A DNA stretch of 64,000 nt, taken from the NCBI GenBank assembly GCA_963705305.1, contig OY970067.1:416001-480000 (forward strand), written 5' to 3'. The translations under genes were made by a program, and so were the position numbers. The notes below the pieces were generated by a model, which worked only from the letters and a program-made list of their open reading frames with translations, was not told the DNA's origin and did not search any database. This stretch comes from an uncultured Methylomirabilota bacterium. Its GTDB lineage: Bacteria; Methylomirabilota; Methylomirabilia; Methylomirabilales; 2-02-FULL-66-22. Positions 58,120-64,000 of this stretch are shown piece after piece (position 1 is the stretch's first letter; every line of letters starts with the position of its first letter).

Positions 58120-58516
58120 GGGGTGGCGGAGCCTCTCTTGCACATGTCATGACGGCTTGATCCCGGAGGATGCACCCAGGAGAGTACCTCAAGACTGCGG
58201 AGGCACGCAAGCCCTATCGGCCGTAGCCGACGGTGCTCACCTTATACAGCAGGGCTTCGGCCTGCCTTGCGGCGCCGCTTGAACCTATTGATAGGCTGGA
58301 AGATCGGACCCGCGGCGCAAAGGGACAGACTCCCCCTCCTGCCTGTTTCTCAAGACCCCACTCCACTGTCTCTGCTTTTCGGTCACCACGCTCACCACCG
58401 CCGCCCCCACCCTTTTCGTCTCGTCTGGCCCTGAGACTTTCAGGAGGATTCCCCCTTGCCCCGTCCTTCGGAGTCTGCTACATTCAGGAATAATTTAACC
58501 CAATCTGAGTCGAAAA

Positions 58517-59680
58517 ATGGAATTTCAGAGTCGATTCTTCAAGCTCCCAGCCCAGAGCTTCTTCCTCTTTGGGCCGAGGGGGACAGGGAAGTCCACCTGG
58601 CTCAGGCACGAGCTCCCGGGGGCGCTCTTCGTGGACCTCCTCCGGCCCGAAGTCTACCGCGAGCTGAGCGCCCGCCCGGAGCGCTTGCGTGAGCTCGTCC
58701 TCGGGGCCCCCGAGCGCGACACGGTGGTAGTGGACGAGGTCCAACGAATCCCCGAGTTGCTGAATGTCGTCCATGAACTCCTCGAATCTCGCCAGCGGAA
58801 GCGCTTTGTGCTCACCGGCTCGAGCGCCCGGAAGTTGCGGCGTGGGGGGGTGGATCTCCTGGCCGGACGCGCGCTCCTCCGGACCCTCCACCCCTTCATG
58901 GCGGCAGAATTGCCTCGGTTCCGCCTCGAGGAGGCGCTCCAGCGCGGACTCTTGCCTCTCGTCGTCGCCTCCGCCAAGCCCGAGGAGACGTTGGGTGCCT
59001 ACGCCTCCCTGTACCTGGAGCAAGAGGTGCGGGCTGAAGGCCTCACCCGAAATGTCGGAAACTTCGCCCGCTTCCTGGAGGTGATCAGCTTCTCCCATGC
59101 CAGTGTGCTGAACGTGAGCAACGTCGCCCGCGAGTGCCAGATCGAGCGGAAGACGGTGGCGGGCTTTGTGGAGGTGCTAGAGGATCTCTTGCTCTCCTTC
59201 CGGGTGCCGGTCTTCACGAAGCGGGCGCGGCGCGAGGTGGCGGCGCACCCGAAGCTGTACCTCTTCGATGCCGGCGTTTACCGCTCGCTCCGGCCCCACG
59301 GCCCCCTCGACCGGCCCGCCGAGATCGACGGCGCCGCGCTGGAGGGCCTGGTCGCCCAGCACCTCCGCGCCTGGCTGGCCTACTCGCCCACCCCGGCCGA
59401 CTTGTGCTATTGGCGCACGCGGTCCGGCGTGGAAATCGACTTCGTAGTCTACGGGCGAGCGGGCTTCTGGGCCATTGAGGTCAAGAATGCCGCCCGCGTC
59501 CATCCGCAGGATCTGCGCTCCCTGAAGGCCTTTGTCGCCGATTACCCGGCATGCACGCCGATCCTCCTGTACCGCGGGAGAGAACGACTGCTCACAGAGA
59601 AGGTCTGGTGCATCCCGGTCGAGGAATTCCTCGAACACCTTCGCCCGTCGCAGAGGCTGCTTGCCTGGCTCCAGAAATGA
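58517..59680 (+). CDS. AAA family ATPase with DUF4143 / PD-(D/E)xK-like C-terminus
   Basis: GPRGTGKST, DEVQ, TGSS, LAGRA, K.YLFDAG and EIDF..AIEVK. Confidence 0.92.
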   Translation: MEFQSRFFKLPAQSFFLFGPRGTGKSTWLRHELPGALFVDLLRPEVYRELSARPERLRELVLGAPERDTVVVDEVQRIPELLNVVHELLESRQRKRFVLTGSSARKLRRGGVDLLAGRALLRTLHPFMAAELPRFRLEEALQRGLLPLVVASAKPEETLGAYASLYLEQEVRAEGLTRNVGNFARFLEVISFSHASVLNVSNVARECQIERKTVAGFVEVLEDLLLSFRVPVFTKRARREVAAHPKLYLFDAGVYRSLRPHGPLDRPAEIDGAALEGLVAQHLRAWLAYSPTPADLCYWRTRSGVEIDFVVYGRAGFWAIEVKNAARVHPQDLRSLKAFVADYPACTPILLYRGRERLLTEKVWCIPVEEFLEHLRPSQRLLAWLQK

Positions 59681-59739
59681 TTGGCTTTGGCCTGCGGGTT
59701 CCGGTCGGGCCCTCGGACCCCCGTCGATGTCCCAACTCT

Positions 59740-59900
59740 GTGGACCGACCTGCCCTTCCCGAACGAGGTCGGGACGCCACTGTACCCTCGCAATGTCCGG
59801 CGCCGCCACGCTGCACCGATCATGGAGAAGCTTGGCACGTCCGGTATCACCTCTCACGGCCTGCGCCGGACATTCATCGCTGTCCGTGCGCAGGCGAAAA
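59740..59900 (+). pseudogene. Tyrosine integrase C-terminal remnant
   Basis: FPNEVGTPL.PRNVRRRH..P..EKLG..GI..HGLRRTF (HxLR box); catalytic Tyr region absent. Confidence 0.7.
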
Positions 59901-60036
59901 CCCATTTCGCGCGCGAGTTCCTGATCAACTCTTTCTCGTAGCGACCGGTCTTTTTATATCGCTTGGCCCCTGCCATAACGCCCGTGACCTCGGGCTTGTC
60001 CACGCAGGCCTGGCTTGAGATGCCCACCTAAGGGAT

Positions 60037-60066
60037 TCATGCGAGTCTGATTCCCTCCCCGGCGCC
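60037..60066 (+). mobile_element. Second, degenerate tRNA-Leu 3' fragment (att-like)
   Basis: TCATGCGAGTCTGATTCCCTCCCCGGCGCC resembles the 57190-57246 fragment, in opposite orientation. Confidence 0.5.
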
Positions 60067-60451
60067 TCACGCAGTAAGCACCGCCGGGCGAACCAAGAGC
60101 GCTCGGCCGCCAGGGGACAGGGCTTTGTCGCTCTGCGGGGGTGGGCTGTCCGGAAATCAGCCCGTTCAGAGAATGGCCTTGCATTGGAGCTCCCTCCTCC
60201 GGTAGGGTGACGCCATTCGGGCATCCAGTGCTCGTGCGGGGAAACGGCTGATGCTCCCAGCATCGGCATATCCACTGAGACCCGGCATAATGCGGTTCTT
60301 CCGTCGCCCCAGACGGTCTCCTGCGCCGTCTGCCTTCGGGCGCGCGCCCACCCAGCGGTTCGCCTGTCCTTGCAAACTCAGCCCCACGGTTCGTCTGCTG
60401 CTCTCCACCCCCGTGGGGGCAACCCCATGAACCAGCACGAGGGGGCCGGCC

Positions 60452-61417
60452 ATGGCCCAGCACGAAGCCTTGAAGCAGGCCGTGATCAGTGGCCGTATGG
60501 CCCAGGTGAAGGAGCTGACCCAGCAGGCCCTGGACGCGGGGGCGAACCCCCAGGAGGTCCTGGACCAGGGCCTCATCCCCGCCATGGACCTCGTGGGGCA
60601 GAAGTTCTCGTGCCAGGAGTTCTTCATCCCGGAGATGCTGATCGCCGCCCGGGCGATGCAGGCGGGCATCGCGATCTTGAAGCCGCGGCTGGCCGCCCAG
60701 GGCGGCAAGCCGCGGGGCACGGTGGTCATCGGGACGGTGCAAGGGGACCTCCACGACATCGGGAAGAACCTGGTGGGCCTCATGCTCCAGGGCGGCGGCT
60801 TCGAGGTGGTGGACCTCGGCGCCGACGTGAAGCCCGAGCGATTCGTGGGGGCCGTCACGACCTCCCAGCCCCAGTTCGTGATGATGAGCGCGCTGCTCAC
60901 GACGACGATGCTGTCCATGAAGGCGACGATCGAGCAGTTGGAGGTCGCCGGCGTCCGCTCCCAGGTCAAGGTCGGCGTGGGCGGGGCCCCCGTCACCCAG
61001 CGGTTCTGCGACGAGATCGGGGCGGACTTCTACGCGGCCGACGCCACCGGAGCCGTGGGGCAGGCGAAGGCGTTGTTGTCGGCGCAGAAATGCTACGAGC
61101 GGTATGGCGCGCGTCGCGGGGATGCCGATCATGGCAGGGCGGACCACGAGCCCCCCCGCAGGACGGCACGATTACCTGCTTCCGGTACAGGGGGTCATGA
61201 TCCTCGGCACAGAGAGCCGGATGATCACAACGATGCTGCACGGATTCCGAGGCGTGGGGTGTCCGTACTCGGCCGCATTGCCTGCCCACGGTCAGCCCCG
61301 CCCGCCTCGGCCCTGGTGCCGCACCATGCCGCATACTATCGGCGGGTCAGCCATCTCGGCACTCTGGGCGTCCCCCGGCGGCCACAAAGAAGGAGGAACG
61401 CCCGATGCCTGAAATGA
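60452..61417 (+). CDS. Corrinoid (cobalamin-binding) protein with aberrant C-terminal extension
   Basis: F.PEML..A.AM cap, GDLHDIGKN, SALLTTTM and GGAP; homology ends near 61085. Confidence 0.9.
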   Translation: MAQHEALKQAVISGRMAQVKELTQQALDAGANPQEVLDQGLIPAMDLVGQKFSCQEFFIPEMLIAARAMQAGIAILKPRLAAQGGKPRGTVVIGTVQGDLHDIGKNLVGLMLQGGGFEVVDLGADVKPERFVGAVTTSQPQFVMMSALLTTTMLSMKATIEQLEVAGVRSQVKVGVGGAPVTQRFCDEIGADFYAADATGAVGQAKALLSAQKCYERYGARRGDADHGRADHEPPRRTARLPASGTGGHDPRHREPDDHNDAARIPRRGVSVLGRIACPRSAPPASALVPHHAAYYRRVSHLGTLGVPRRPQRRRNARCLK

Positions 61418-62541
61418 CACGCCGAGAGAGAATCCTCGCCTCCGCCCATAAGCAACGGGCGGATAAGCTCCCATTTTTCCACTGGTGGCGCCATATGCAG
61501 ACGGGCTGGGCGGAGCGGGAGTGCCGGAACCGCGGCATGGGGATCGCCTGGCTCCGGCCTCCCTATGTCACCCGGATGCACGGGGTCGAGGTGACCGAGG
61601 CCCGGGCGGTGGTGGGGGGCCGATCGATCATTCGCCGGACCTACTCGACGCCCGTCGGGGCGGTCTTCGAGGACGAGTTTCGCGAGCCGGGGACCGGCCA
61701 ATGGCACGCCAACCGGAGCTGGCGCAGCGTCACGCCCTGGTTGACCTCGCACCTCATCAAGGAGCCTGAGGACTACAAGGTCGTCAAGTACATCGCCGAG
61801 AATACCGAATACGTCGCCGACTACTTCCCGATCGATCAAGCGACGGAGTGGCTCGGCGAGGAGGGGATCGTGCTGGACAACCTCCCCCACTCGCCGCTCC
61901 AGATGCTCCTGATCTTCTGGGTGGGGAGCGAGGGGGGCCGCTGCTTCCTGCATCTTGCCGACTACCCAGACCTCGTGGAGGATCTCCTCCGCGCCGTCTC
62001 CAGGAGTCGGGAGCCCATGTACGAGATTGCCGCCAAATCGGCGGCCCCCGTGTCCTTCTGCGGGGACAACATCGACGGGGGGCTCATGGGGGCGCGGCTC
62101 TTTGAACGATACTGCATGCCCGAGTACGAGAAGCAGGCCCAGATCCTGCACCGGCACGACAAGCTCATGGCCGTCCACATGGATGGCCGCCTGGACAATA
62201 TCAAGCACCTGATTCCCAGGACCCCCATCGACATCATCGAAGCCTTCCATCCCTTGCCGATGGGCGACCTCCCGCTGGCCGAAGCCCTCACCCTCTGGAA
62301 GGACAAGGTGATCTGGATGGGCTTCCCCGATTCGGTCTTTCAGATGGGGCCCCAGGCCACGCGGGAGCACATGCTGAATCTGCTCGTGGCAGCCGTGCCG
62401 GGGGACCGGTTCGCGGTCGAGATGTCCACCGAGAACCCGGTCTCCAACGAGAATCTATGTGCGCTGACCTCCGTACTGGAGAAAGCAGAGCTCCCCCTCA
62501 CGCCAGAGGCGGTGGAATGCACGGCGCGGGCTCTCAGGTGA
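61405..62541 (+). CDS. Uroporphyrinogen decarboxylase / MtaA-like methyltransferase family protein
   Basis: MTRRERI, TPVG, HLIKEPEDY, DN, HMDG and P.GD; AAGGAGG RBS. Confidence 0.8.
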   Translation: MPEMTRRERILASAHKQRADKLPFFHWWRHMQTGWAERECRNRGMGIAWLRPPYVTRMHGVEVTEARAVVGGRSIIRRTYSTPVGAVFEDEFREPGTGQWHANRSWRSVTPWLTSHLIKEPEDYKVVKYIAENTEYVADYFPIDQATEWLGEEGIVLDNLPHSPLQMLLIFWVGSEGGRCFLHLADYPDLVEDLLRAVSRSREPMYEIAAKSAAPVSFCGDNIDGGLMGARLFERYCMPEYEKQAQILHRHDKLMAVHMDGRLDNIKHLIPRTPIDIIEAFHPLPMGDLPLAEALTLWKDKVIWMGFPDSVFQMGPQATREHMLNLLVAAVPGDRFAVEMSTENPVSNENLCALTSVLEKAELPLTPEAVECTARALR

Positions 62542-62601
62542 GGGAGTGCGGCGACCGGCCGCGCGGAAACCGTCGGAACGCAACACGAGGAGGGACCGGA
62601 G

Positions 62602-63927
62602 ATGGCGAAGATCGCGGTGAACGAAGCGCAATTGATGACCCGGCTCCGCTGGCGGATCATCCCGTTCGTCATGTTTCTGTACATCGTGACCATCATCGAC
62701 CGGGTGAACATCGGCTTCGCCGCCTTGAGGATGAACAAGGATCTCGGGATCAGCATGACAGCGTTCGGTACCCTTGCGGGAATCTTCTTCATCTCGTACT
62801 TCATCTTCGAGATTCCCAGCAACGTCATCCTGCACCGCGTGGGCGCCCGAATATGGATTGCGCGCATCATGATCAGCTGGGGGGTCGTGACGCTGCTCAC
62901 CGGGTTCGTCCGGAACGTGACCGACCTCGCGATTTGCCGCTTCCTCCTGGGTGCCGCCGAGGCGGGCTTCTACCCGGGTATCGTCCTCTATTTCACCTAT
63001 TGGTTCCCGGCGAAACATCACGCGCGGGCGGTCTCGCTCTTCCTGGTCGGCCTGGGCATCGCCAACATCGTCGGGGGTCCCTTCGCAACCTGGATTCTGG
63101 ACAACTGGCGGTGGTTCGGGCTGGCGGGGTGGCGCTGGATCTTCATCATGGAGGGCGTCATCACCATGGTATGCGGCGTGGCCACCTTGCTCATCTTGGT
63201 CAACCGGCCGCAGGAGGCCCAATTCCTGAGCGCCGATGAGAAGGCATGGCTGGCCGCGAGGCTGGCGGCCGAACACGCAGCGCGAACTCAGGTCGTTCAC
63301 ATGTCGAAGTGGGGGACCCTGAAGAACGGATGGGTCTGGTACTTCACCCTGTGCTACTTCGGGTACGCCTTTGCGATGAACCTGCTGTTGTTTTGGGTCC
63401 CCCAGATTCTGAAGCGCCTCTCGTCCGTCCTCACCAACACACAGGTAGGCTGGATTTCGTCGATCCCCTACGTGTGTGCCATCGTCGCCATGGTGATCAT
63501 TGCTCGGCACTCCGACAAGACCATGGAAAGGCGCTGGCACTCAGGCCTTTCGATGGCGGTGATGGTGTTTGCCCTCATCGGCTTGACGCTGACCAACAAT
63601 CTGGTCCTGAGCGTCATTCTTCTCTCCTTTGCCGCCAGCGGGATCTACAGCTTCGTGGCCGTCTTCTGGGCCTTACCGACCGCCTTGCTGGGAGAGGCGA
63701 CGGCGGCCGTCGGGATTGCCCTGATCAACTCGATCGGAAACCTTGGCGGGTACTTCGGGCCGCAAATCTTTGGCTACCTGGCGGACCTGACACACTCGAC
63801 GATCGCCGGTACTTACATCACCGCGGCATTTGTGCTGATGACGACGATTCTGACGATCTGCGTTCCCAAGCGGCACGAGCAGGCGGTCACCGGCGAATTG
63901 ACGATCGGCAAGGTGGTGTCGCGCTAA
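62602..63927 (+). CDS. MFS transporter, anion:cation symporter family
   Basis: DRVNIGFA, FEIPSN, AEAGFYPG, GWRWIF.MEG and INSIGNLGG. Confidence 0.93.
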   Translation: MAKIAVNEAQLMTRLRWRIIPFVMFLYIVTIIDRVNIGFAALRMNKDLGISMTAFGTLAGIFFISYFIFEIPSNVILHRVGARIWIARIMISWGVVTLLTGFVRNVTDLAICRFLLGAAEAGFYPGIVLYFTYWFPAKHHARAVSLFLVGLGIANIVGGPFATWILDNWRWFGLAGWRWIFIMEGVITMVCGVATLLILVNRPQEAQFLSADEKAWLAARLAAEHAARTQVVHMSKWGTLKNGWVWYFTLCYFGYAFAMNLLLFWVPQILKRLSSVLTNTQVGWISSIPYVCAIVAMVIIARHSDKTMERRWHSGLSMAVMVFALIGLTLTNNLVLSVILLSFAASGIYSFVAVFWALPTALLGEATAAVGIALINSIGNLGGYFGPQIFGYLADLTHSTIAGTYITAAFVLMTTILTICVPKRHEQAVTGELTIGKVVSR

Positions 63928-64000
63928 CAGGCTGCACCGGAAAAGGCGACGGCCGCATCCCCGGAGGCGATGGTGGACGCGCTCGACTTCGATAGGCGTC

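Noticed and set aside
60070..60450. Cobalamin riboswitch upstream of the corrinoid gene
   Set aside because: No B12-box or other conserved elements found by eye.
1..64000. CRISPR arrays, cas genes, rRNA, intact transposases or phage structural genes
   Set aside because: None seen; the repeats found have only two copies or lack spacer structure.

Overview
High-GC bacterial accessory/metabolic region of about 55 genes. Two patches are visibly lower in GC (about 28.3-35.2 kb and 54.6-57.0 kb; judged by eye, not computed). Left to right: TPP-dependent E1 alpha/beta pair plus a partial SDR; an RpiR-controlled cyclic-amide catabolic operon (amidohydrolase, ECF transporter, M20 carbamoylase, AroM, flavin reductase); an mrpABCDEFG Na+/H+ antiporter operon with a USP, bracketed by two paralogous PAS-PAS-LuxR regulators; DedA; TRAP QM without DctP; an orphan binding protein; a low-GC liv-type ABC operon split by a decayed ISL3, with GntR and a decayed GntR copy; SulP, lactonase, hydrolases and CysK-like genes; a multi-sensor kinase with an Xis-HTH/REC regulator; a degenerate M23; GT2. 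A mobile-DNA scar zone follows (broken RelE/HigA-type TA, solo attC cassette carrying tauE, two oppositely oriented tRNA-Leu 3' fragments, integrase remnant, DUF5674 pair, AAA/DUF4143 ATPase), then a corrinoid protein/UroD-family methyltransferase/MFS module. Best novelty candidates: the hydantoinase-like operon with AroM and an unrecognised ECF S component, the doubly regulated Mrp-USP locus with a fluoride-riboswitch-like leader, the structured non-coding element at 48.0-48.3 kb, and the solo attC cassette. Several 1-bp indels in short runs may be assembly errors. All calls come from motif recognition by eye; no searches were run.
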